A stretch of 64,000 nucleotides of DNA from Felis catus (taxonomy: Eukaryota). The translations under genes were made by a program, and so were the position numbers. Location of the stretch: assembly GCF_018350175.1 (NCBI RefSeq), contig NC_058368.1, positions 124,870,001-124,934,000 of the forward strand, read 5' to 3'. The first letter of the stretch is position 1; each line of letters opens with the position of its first letter. Below, piece after piece: positions 38,204 to 48,420 of the stretch. Under the pieces are notes generated by a model. It worked only from the letters and a program-made list of their open reading frames with translations. It had not been told where the DNA came from and did no database searches.

Positions 38204-39571
38204 AGTATTACTTGGCAATCCAAAAGAATGAAATCTTGCCATTTGCAACTATGTGGATGGACCTGGAGGGTATTATGCTAAATGAAATTAGTCAGTCAGA
38301 GAAAGGCAAATATCATATGACTTCACTCATAAGAGAACTTTAAGAGACAAAACAGATGAACATGAGGGAAGGGAAACAAAAATAATATAAAAACAGGGAA
38401 GGAGACAAAACAGAAGAGACTCATAAATATGGAGAACAAACTGATGGTTACTGGAGGGGTTGTGGGAGTGGGGATGGGCTAAATGGGTAAGGGGCATTTA
38501 GGAATCTACTCCTGAAATCATTGTTGCACTATATGTTAAGTAATTTGGATGTAAATTACTAAAAAATTTTTAAATAAAAAAATTATTAAAAAATACAGGA
38601 AACAACAATGTTGGCAAGAAAATGGAGAATATGGAAAAAAATAGATTTATATAGAAAAGTTTTTGAGCATTCCCAGACCCCCTGCAAAAACAAAACAAAA
38701 CAAAACAAAACTCTCAGCCTTTTCTGATACCATAGGACATATCTTGCTAATGGATGCCAAAATAAATCGAGATAAAGCACAGATGCTCACAGACAGAGTT
38801 CAAAGCTATGGCAGCTTGATGCTGAGTGTGGTTCCTGAGTTCATATTTCTTTTGGTTAGCAAAAACAGGAACCAATGCAAGTCTTTCATAAAAGCAAAGA
38901 GGAAAACTTTCAAAAAGCTGGGGATACCAATGTTTTTAAAGAGAAATATCTAGGGAGGTTATAGCTTTTTAATGGTGACCTCATGAAAGAGCTTTCTAAT
39001 GGCTCCACAATTACAACTGCAAATCCTAGAATATTCAGATCCTGGCATACATCACTATTCAAAGGTGACATACAATATGAGGTCAAGACAAGAATCTAAA
39101 ATTAAAACCAAAATAAGACAAAACTGACAGTTGCTAGTGAAAAATCAGTATCAATGAATAAAGGCATTAGAGACTTTAAATTTATTAGAAGGCTACAGCT
39201 ACTAGCAGTGTGAAGAGAGCCTGGATATCTACATCTCACAAGACTACATTCCTGAATTAATTTTGTCTCTTTGGTTATGTTAGAGATTTACCTTAAGTTT
39301 TCATATGTATAGTTTGCATTTTTTATGATAAAAATTTATTTAAAATAATGAAAATTTTAAAAAGTCCACAGAGGTGATTTATGTATTTAGGACAATTAAT
39401 TGAGTTTTAAATGCATACTTTTAATTCCTATTATGGCTAATTAACCCTTACATTCTGCTGAGTTGGGTTTACCCATATATTATTTCAGTACAGGGAACTG
39501 CTAATATTTGTGGAGCACCTGCTAAGCTCTATGCACTTTACATAATTTCAACTTTATTTATCGCTAGTCCC

Positions 39572-39815
39572 TGTCCTAGTTTGAGTTGCCCTAAAACCAG
39601 ACCTTTAGACAGGATTCTAACGCAAATAGTTGTTTGAGAGGGGAAGGCAGGGGAGTAGAGACCTGGGACAGGAAAGGCAGCTAATAAAGTTTGTATTTCC
39701 AAGCTAGCTACCACTATGAGTAACTGGAGATCAGTCCTGCTGGGGAAAAAATCTGGAAATTATTGCCAACCACACTCCTGAATGATCCCACCCTAAGGGT
39801 AAGACATTCTGGTAT
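39572..39815 (-). mobile_element. LTR16-like ERVL LTR remnant
   Basis: TGTCCTAGTTTGAGTTGCCCTAAAACCAGACCTTTAGAC is the reverse-complement-type terminus of the 36.6-kb element family. Confidence 0.4.
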
Positions 39816-39861
39816 GTTGGTCAGTGTTTAACAAACAGCTCTGGTAGACGATGGGAGAGTT

Positions 39862-40032
39862 CTTTTTTTTTTTTTTTTTTTAAGTTTAAGAAAGAGAGCA
39901 TGGTGGGGGTGGGGGGCAGGGAGAGAGGGAGAGTGAGAATTTCAAGCTGTCAGTACAGAACCCATGTGGGATCACGACCTGAGCCAAGATCAAGAGTCAG
40001 ACGCCCAACCTACTGGACCACCCATGCCCCCC
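39862..40032 (-). mobile_element. Degenerate CAN-SINE
   Basis: T tract; GATCACGACCTGAGCCAAGATCAAGAGTCAGACG..CACCCATGCCCCCC. Confidence 0.8.
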
Positions 40033-40977
40033 AAGTTCTGATTTGTAGCATTTGGGATGTGCACTATAGGTTCTTACAAATGTGTGCAAAGCATCTGTAG
40101 TACACCACTGTAACCCTTGTCATTGGTTAAAGACTAATCTGAATCAGGGAGCAGGGTCCACTTCCAGCAGGCTATATAGTCAGCAAAGTGAGCATTAGAG
40201 GCCAGAGAGATGTAGTTGGTGGCATGGAAATGTGGTAACGGTAGGAGGAGAAGGGGAGGCTCCAACAGAAAATCCCCATGTTAATGATGACTAAAGTATG
40301 TACAACTTGTCAAAGGTCATGTCACTAATAATGGAAGAACTGAGATTCCAACACCAACTTAGCTGATACTGAAGCCCTCTTGTATCTGTGTATTGCCGCT
40401 TCTCCTAAAGCAAGTGGTATCTACAATGCATTAGTGAACAAAGAAAATTATATTGTATTATTTATGGTAGATTAAATTACCATAACAACTAAATCTAAAT
40501 AAGTAACGGCATAAAACGATAAATTGTTATCCCTGGGAATGAATTCAGGTTTTCTAGAAGGGCTGTCCTCTACCTAGTCACTTAAAGACCCTTTTTATTC
40601 TGTGACTCTGACATCCCATGGGGGTATTGTAGTTATCAGTACCCAGCCAGGGCCATTTCTTTAAACCATGGTTCCCATTCTATTGGAGAAACAACTCACA
40701 TGGCCATATGTAACTGCAGGGATGGCTGGGAAAGAGTCCCTCACTGGGCAGCTGTTTCCCAGCTACAGCTATACAGGGTGATGTGAGGAACAGTTATTTG
40801 TCACTGGAGCTCAGGCCTCAGGATAGAGTAAATGGTGAGACCAAAATGATTAATGGTGGAAAGTATGAAGGAGGAGATAGATTGAGAGTTCCAGGAGGGT
40901 AGAAAGCATGTCTACTTTGATCCTATGATATTCTTGGGCCTTGCATGGTATCTAACACATAGGAGTTAATGCACTTA

Positions 40978-41190
40978 GGGGTGCCTAAGTAGCTCAGTCA
41001 GTTAAGCGTTGATCTTGGTTTCACCTCAGGTCATGATCTTGCAGTTTAGTGAAATGAGCCACGCCGTGGGCTCTGCACTGACAGTGTGGAGCCTGCTTGG
41101 GATTCTCTCTCTCCTTGTTTCTCTGCCCTCCCCCACTCACGATGTCTCTGTGTCTCTCAAAAATAAATAAAATAAATAAAACACTAAAAC
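40978..41190 (+). mobile_element. CAN-SINE
   Basis: 17-bp TSD AGGAGTTAATGCACTTA at 40961-40977 and 41211-41227. Confidence 0.94.
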
Positions 41191-41465
41191 TACAAATCTT
41201 TTTTTTAAAAAGGAGTTAATGCACTTAACATTTGTTGAATGAATGAAAGAAGGAATTTGGATTCTATGCTCTATATAATGTGGAACCATTAAAGAGTTTA
41301 AGGAGAAGGGACAGAATCAGAACTGTAGTTTAGTAAGATAACTGACAATAGCACCTGAAATTTATTTGAAAGGTTAACTACTGGAAGTAGAAAATAATTT
41401 ACTTAGTTATATGTTACTAATTTCCATCTGTTGTGACTTTTTCTTTACAGAACATATAAATGTGG

Positions 41466-41778
41466 ATTTATTTTATTTTTTTATTTTTTAAAATTTACAT
41501 CCAAATTAGTTAGCATATAGTGAAACAATGATTTCGGGAGTAGATTCCTTAATGTCCCTTACCCATTTAGCCCATCCCCCCTCCCACAACCCCTCCAGTA
41601 ACCCTCACTTTGTTCTCCATGTTTACGAGTCTCTTCTGTTTTCTCCCCCTCCCTGTTTTTATATCATTTTTGTTTCCCTTCCCTTATGTTCATCTGTTTT
41701 GTCTCTTAAAGTCCTCATATGAGTGAAGTCATATGATATTTGTCTTTCTCTGACCAACTAATATCACTTAGCATAATT
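41466..41778 (-). mobile_element. Carnivore L1 3' end, same subfamily as the 37.5-38.6 kb copy
   Basis: Reverse complement of ~38270-38590, e.g. AATTTACATCCAAATTA..CCCTTACCCATTTAGCCCATCCCC. Confidence 0.9.
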
Positions 41779-41859
41779 TTTTTTTATTATATACCAATCT
41801 GGCCTCACCAGGGATTTAATAATCCATAAAACTCATAAGTGTTAGGTACAATGGCACTG

Positions 41860-42206
41860 GGACTGTGCAGTGCAATGCACTAGCCGCTAGCTACACGGGC
41901 TTTTTGAGCACTTGAATTATAGCTAGTCCAAAATGATGTTTAAGATGCTCTGAAGTATAAAATACACATCAGATTTGAGAAATCTAGTACAAAAACAAAT
42001 GGTAAAAGTTATCATTAGTAATATTCTATGTATTGGTTAAATATTGAAAGAGTAACACCTTATATATATTACGTAAAATAACACATTATTGTAATTAATT
42101 TCACTTGTTTCTTTTAATTTTTTTTTAATGTGGCTACTAGAAAATTTTAAATTACATATATGACTTGGCATTTGTGGCTTGCGTTATATTTTATTAGACA
42201 GCACTG
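41860..42206. mobile_element. MER33-like hAT-Charlie element
   Basis: TTGAGCACTTGAATTATAGCTAGT..TTTAATGTGGCTACTAGAAAATTTTAAATTACATAT..TTAGACAGCACTG. Confidence 0.7.
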
Positions 42207-42696
42207 CTCTAGTAGATATCAATTTTGTATGCCTATTTAGCAGTTTTCGTCCCAAAATAATGCAAATCAATTGCAAAGTGAAGGTGCAAATGTTGCAAAA
42301 GATGCAGAAGTTAACTAACCCATCGGAAGTGGCAGTGAACTTCTTAGCTCACATGTAAAGCCTTACCAGTGTAGGATTCAGCAGAGTTGAACCAGCAGAC
42401 CACAAAGGAAGAGAAAAGGAACAGGGACAACAATTCAAAGAAAGCAACTGAATATTACAGGAGGACCTTGAGAAAATGTATGAAGTCTTCAAATATTTTT
42501 TGCAAAACTAATAGTCATAAATAAACCACAAAGGTCAAATGAAAAAAGAATATCTCATCATACATCAAAAACAATAACCAATATAGCTCAAAGAATTCAA
42601 AGAATCAGTGGTGTTGCAAATGTAGTATAATTTTCCTAACTGTGAGATAGATTAGTTTCATAAGTTGTAGTTTTATTTTTAAATAGGAAAACCCAT

Positions 42697-42918
42697 GGGG
42701 CGCCTGGGTGGCGCAGTCGGTTAAGCGTCCAACTTCAGCCAGGTCACGATCTCGCGGTCCGTGAGTTCGAGCCCCACGTCAGGCTCTGGGCTGATGGCTC
42801 AGAGCCTGGAGCCTGTTTCCGATTCTGTGTCTCCCTCTCTCTCTGGCCCTCCCCCGTTCATGCTCTGTCTCTCTCTGTCCCAAAAATAAATAAATGTTGA
42901 AAAAAAAATTTAAAAAAA
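42697..42918 (+). mobile_element. Young SINEC_Fc-type SINE
   Basis: Perfect 16-bp TSD AAATAGGAAAACCCAT at 42681-42696 and 42919-42934. Confidence 0.96.
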
Positions 42919-43088
42919 AAATAGGAAAACCCATATTATCTGTTTTTCATTATTTACTACAAAATTTAGTGTCTGATTTTAAGTACATGCAAATTTATGT
43001 AAAATATTTAGATGGCTGGTTAATAAAAAGGAATCATAAAAATGTATATGTTTATCTTTATAAGATACATATATCTTAATATCTTACT

Positions 43089-43276
43089 GTTTAAAGTTTA
43101 TTTATTTATTTTGAGAGAGAGAGAGAGAGCTGGGGAGAGGCAGAGAGAGAGGGAGAAAGAGAATCCCAAGCAGGCTCCACCCTGCTGGCAGAGAGCTCAA
43201 TGCTGAACTTGAACTCACAAACCGTAAGATCATGACCTGAAGAGTCAAATGCTTAACTAAGCCACCCAGGCACCCC
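43089..43276 (-). mobile_element. CAN-SINE
   Basis: Reverse-complement element; flanking AATATCTTA duplicated. Confidence 0.9.
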
Positions 43277-45020
43277 TTAAATATCTTATTTTAGCTTAAA
43301 CATAAATAACAGTATTTTATTTTGTATGATTTGGGATTTCTTAACCAGTACGTGGCTGTGGGGCCCTGGTTTGTTGAGTGTGGGTTCACTATTTAGAGTT
43401 CCATGTATCTATGTCACTTATCTCACTGCCTACAATTTTCACTTTTACTTTTTTAAAGCCAAGTGAGAACTGATAGATACCTGCTTTTCCAATCTTTTAC
43501 AGTTAACACATCCACTACTAATTTCATAAAGACTTTTTTCAGGGTCTTACCTTCTTGCATTTTCCAAAGCATTTAACTTAGTTTTCATTGGAACAACGTT
43601 CCTTTTGCATTTGTATACCCATGTTTTATTAACAATCAATTTGACAGTATTTAAATTTCATAAGGACACTTATAGCAGTATAATCAGGTTTGGGAACAAG
43701 TATGACAGATTTTCTTCGGGCCCACAACTCACCTGGAAGGAGAAGCATACAGGCACCATGAGCATTCGTTGTGCTCTGGCATCCCTTTGAAAATGTCCTT
43801 TTAGGGAGCCAGTTATCCCATAAATGACAAGATTTCCTCACTTGGAACATCTGGAAACAACTGGGAAGTATGGTATCTGGAAAGAACATGGAGAAACCAA
43901 ATTCTAGCCCAGCTCTCCTGAAAGTACTCTGTACTAAATATATAAATATATATAAACCTCATAGAACACAAGCTTTTCGTTCTATGCTGCACATTATATT
44001 CTTGCTCTTTATGTCTACATAAAAATAGATCTTACAAAAAAAGTATGGAAACACACACACAGATCTGAAAATTCTCTCAGAGTCAGCCTGAAAAATAACT
44101 AATAAAAATATTTGCAGATGGGAATTTATTTAATTTTGTAAATAAGAAAAATAACAAACAATACCTCCAGAGAAGAGGAAAACTCCCTGCATATGCATAG
44201 TAGATGCTAGGTGCTCAATAAATATGTGATGAATGACATACAGGCTGAAATATTTCTGCCAGTGCATACTAAATCAGCTCATTCTGATGTCAGTGATATT
44301 TATGCACAATCAAGAAACACACCAATATTAAGCTAGATTCTCCAAATGAATGTGTGTAGCAACCAAAGTGTGATAAAGGTTACCAAAGTTGTCATGGGAT
44401 AAGTGAAATCATTGCAATACTTCTATCTGGGAAAGCATAGAACTAAAGGACTTGGAAATAGTACCTGAAGTTTTCAATGCACAAGCAACCCTCGAAGAGA
44501 CACAAGACTCCTTTATGTCATTAAAGTAATCAAATTAAGGCACTTCAACATCAGGATCCAACAGTACCAAAACCAGAGCTAGAGTCCTACCATGTTTAAG
44601 ATTGAGAAACTACAGTAGCAATCCCATGGGTTAAATTGTCCTTAAAGAAGACTTTGTATTAACATATTGCAGACAAAGAACATCCTTTGCAGTCAAGCAT
44701 GTCCTTTGCTTATTTCTCTCTCCTCCCCTCTCTAAAAAAAAAAAAAAAAAATCCATTTGTCAGTGCGTAATGACAACCCAAATATTTACATAAAAGATCA
44801 AGGGCAAAATTCCTCAAAGCACCAAAAACTAGGCAAAAGACCAGTACTTGGGTTTCTCGGTGGTGGTGTGTGGTGAATGGACGAGGTCAGAGAAGTGGGG
44901 CTAGTTGATAGTGTTGCATTTGCTACAAATAAAGAGTTTTACTGGAATCCTCTTCTACTTTGCTACTATGGCCAAACTTTAAAATTGGAATTATTTTGAA
45001 AGGCTAATTACAGGTAACTC

Positions 45021-45045
45021 TGTGTGTGTGTGTGTGTGTGTGTGT
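45021..45045. repeat. (TG)n microsatellite
   Basis: Perfect TG run. Confidence 0.95.
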
Positions 45046-45719
45046 ACACAATTTTAAGGTTTTTCTGTCTAAATAGGAAAGAGGATAGTTTATCCTTTCA
45101 ATTTGGGATTTGGTGGGTGTGGCAATCTGGGAAGATCTGGGAAACAACTAGTGTTTAGTTTGGATGATACACCTGGCTACCATTAAAAGAGCATATAATT
45201 ATAGCCTAAATGTAGACTTTAAATTTTAACAGATTTATCTAAACTTTCAAAATTTGTACCATTGACTGTAACTATCTAAAACCATCCTATGGCAGATGTT
45301 GCAGTAGTATTCAAAACTGGGCTAATTTACACTGCCATTTTAAAAATCCCTCCAATATCACCACACTCCTAAATTAACGTTTATTCTCGGGAATGGGGCT
45401 TTCATTTTTTCTAGTTTGGAGAAGTCAAATGAATTGTTTTGTAGACAGTTCAGACTTCTAATTCTATGAAGACTGACAAGACAGCGCTCTACTTTGTGTT
45501 AGTGAGGAACCCTCTCCCTCCCATCCCCCCACGCTATGTTTTAATTAACGTTTCACAAAAGAAATATAGAGGTGCAGGTCCCGGGTTGTGGGACGTTTCC
45601 CCTCACAAACATGCTCGAGGAAAAGAAGGGAGGGGAGAAATAAACGCCACACAGAAGATCTACTCGCCAGAAGAAAGGTCGAAAATCATTAACATGTAAA
45701 TGGTACTTTTTCCATTCCA

Positions 45720-48420
45720 AGTCACCTTATCGCCGAGACTGCCCCAGGGACTGGAAGGGTTCGGAACGCCAAGTTAGGCAACTTGGGGACTGCAGGAGTC
45801 GGGGCGGAGGGAACCCAGACCGTGGCCAGACCCTCCTTGGAAGGACGTGCGGCTAGAGGCATCGGATTTAGAGGCGGGGCGGGGCGGGGCAGGGCCGGGG
45901 GGGAGAAGGAGGGACTGGCCGAGGATGATATTATCGAGCACTTTCCTGCACAGCCTAGCTTCCTTCCCCAAACTCGCTCTATGTGGTCCCGTAAACCACT
46001 GCCCTTCCCCAAAACAGCGGAAGAAAAAATAAAGATGTATAAGGGGACACGCGCCCTCCGTGTCTCTCTCTAGGTGAGAGGGGTATCCCAAATCGGTGAT
46101 GTCAGGTCGTGAACAAGATATTCCAGGAAACGCTGAAGTTTTATTTGTAGTTCGTGTTGCGGGGGGTGGGGGAGGAGGACAAAGGAAGAGAAAAACGTTG
46201 AAAAAAAAAAAAAACTTATTCTTTTTGGTCCGCGGCTGCACGTCTGCTGAAAATTGAGTTTCTTTCGCTTTCCATCAAGCCGAGAACCCTGGCCGCCACC
46301 TGCGCGTCCCGCGCGGGGTGGGGGAGGGGGTTGGTCCTCGCCCGGGTTCCCCGACGACCACTGCAAAGGGCAGCGAAAATGACAAACCGCAAACTGTCTC
46401 GCCGGCATTCCCGTCAACGCACCACACACCTAAGTTCGAACTGAAACTCCCGTTGGCCGACCTCCCACCGAGCCAGGCCGAGATTGCGGCGGAGAGGAAG
46501 CTGCGCGCTGCCGCCACGGAGGCTCCTCCTCTCGCCGGTGCAGCCCGGGACTACCTGGCGGCTCGGGCAGGGGCGGGGGTTGGGTGCAGCACGCAAAGCT
46601 CAGGGCACCGTCGAGACTGCAACGTTCCAGCCCACTTCGCAGGCCAGCGCGGGACGCCGGGCGCACAGCCTATTCCTTCCACCTGCTCCATGCCGTACCC
46701 TCCCCCTTCCCTGGCCGTGCCCGGTGAGCCTGCCAGACCGTCCAGGCCAAGCACCCGGCGGGCCGTGCTCACGCAGTTGGCGCAGGCGGCCCTACGCTAG
46801 CGGCGCAGCGCCCGCCGGTCCGCCCGCCCCCTGCACTCTCCCCGCCCCCTCCCTCCCTCGCAGGGGCCGAGCGAATGTAGCCCGCGAGAGAAAATGGCGG
46901 CGGCGGCGGGGAATCGCGCCTCGTCGTCGGGATTCCCGGGCGCCCGGGCGGCGAGCCCCGAGGCGGGTGGCGGTGGAGGTGCTCTCAAGGCTAGCAGCGC
47001 GCCCGCAGCAGCCGCGGGGCTACTTCGGGAGGCGGGCAGCGGGGGCCGCGAGCGGGCTGACTGGCGGCGGCGGCAGCTGCGCAAAGTGCGGAGTGTGGAG
47101 CTGGACCAGCTGCCGGAGCCGCCGCTCTTCCTCGCCGCCTCACCGCCGTCCTCCTCCACTTCCCCGTCGCCGGAGCCCTCGGACACAGCGGCGGGCGGGA
47201 GCGGTTTCCAGCCTGTGGCCGTGCCGCAACCCCACGGAACCGCGAGCCGTGGCGGCGCCCAACCTCCGGAGCCCGCGGCCGCACCGGACAGCGGCGCTCC
47301 GAGCCCCGCGGGGGCCGAGTCCGGGGAGAAGCGGACGACCGCCGCCGAGCCGCCTCCTGCAGCGGCCCCAGCCGGGTGAGCTGCGCGGCCGGGGATGCGG
47401 CGGGGACTTGGGGGGCGGGCGAGGGCAATGAATGAACCCCGGACACCGCGCACTGAGTCCCGGCGCTCAGCGCAGCTAAGCTGCGCGCCGCTCGCCGGGA
47501 TCTGAGCCCTCGGGCACCCCCTTTGACCCCTCCGGCGTCGGGCGGCGCCCCGGACCTGGCCTGCGGGACGAAACGGGGGCCCGGGGCGGGGACGTGCCGG
47601 AGAGTTTGTTATTGTTTGTAGACATGTGACAGGCGTGCGAGCCGCGCTGCAGGGACCCGTTGAGATAAGGTGTGGGGCCCCGGGCTGGCTTTGTGGGGCT
47701 CCGGAATCGGGACTCTTGGAGGACCCCCGGCGTGGGACCCTGGCGTTGCCCTCGGGGCTGGGCTGGGGGGGCGGGCAGGCGCCTGTTGGCGGCGCCCCCA
47801 GACGAGAGTCCCGGGATCTCTGGGGTGAGGCCAGAGCCTGCAAACAAGCGGTGGTCAAAAAAAGGGGCGGGGTGGGTGGGAAGCCCAGCCCGAGGCCGGG
47901 TGGGGGGCCCGGGACGGAGGAGAACGCGGTGAGGTCCTCCCGGCCTTGACAGGCAGAGACCCTTAGCAGGTACCCGGGGCCCGGCCCGGACGGAGGCAGA
48001 ACGACCACAGGGGCTCCTGGTGGAAGGCGCTGTAACGCCTGTCAAAGCGTTGTGGGCGGGCAGACTGCACACTCGGGGACTTGTAATATTTTTGGAGTTG
48101 GTTTTTCTCATTGCGTCCCTCAAGGGGCTCCACATGTTCTTGGGAATGCGGACAGCGCCACTGAGACTTGAGTGACTTCTGTTTGGAGTTTGAAATTGGC
48201 CTTTGAAGTTTGCATTTGGCGGAGTGGTGTAAGAGCCAGGACCGGATGTGTCAGCCATTCAGTTTCAAAGCAGTGGTGACTGCTCCCCGCAGCCTCTCTG
48301 GCGTGGCTGGGGACCGCGGCTCGGGTGCGGTGCTTCCTGCTCGGTGCAGCTGCGCGGGCCGCCCGCCTGACTGAGGGATTCCAGGGGTCACAGTGCGGTT
48401 GGCTTCGGCTCACATAGTCC
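45720..48420. promoter_or_regulatory. CpG island / MAP3K1 promoter
   Basis: Abrupt rise in GC and CpG content around exon 1. GC boxes at 45872-45890 (GGCGGGGCGGGGCGGGGC) and 46810-46850. No obvious TATA box. Confidence 0.92.
46894..47375 (+). CDS. MAP3K1: MAP3K1 (MEKK1) coding exon 1
   Basis: Translation [75 protein letters not shown]...AAAPAG matches the mammalian MAP3K1 N-terminus as I recall it. Splice donor GG|GTGAGC at 47376 gives a 482-nt, phase-2 coding exon. Lies in a CpG island. Confidence 0.97.

Larger units (their letters stand above)
37537..38590 (+). mobile_element. 5'-truncated carnivore L1: ORF2 C-terminus, 3'UTR and A tail
   Basis: Translates to MFIAALSTIAKVWKKPKCPLMDEWIKKMWYIY..EYYLAIQKNEILPFATMWMDLEGIMLNEISQSEKGKYHMTSLI (L1 ORF2p C-terminus). 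Confidence 0.93.
37445..38932. mobile_element. Tigger-like non-autonomous DNA element split by an L1 insertion (arms ~37445-37536 and ~38645-38932)
   Basis: Left end TA-CAGGTTTCCTC..GTAAGCCAAAATGGCATAAAGCAAAGAAGC; right end GTCTTTCATAAAAGC..CTTTCAAAAAGCTGGGGATACC. Degenerate inverted termini; ATTTATAT is repeated on both sides of the L1. Confidence 0.55.

Noticed and set aside
37888..38343. YIYIYI/HTHTHT and CVCVCV repeat proteins
   Set aside because: Translations of the TA/CA microsatellite inside a dead L1 fragment.
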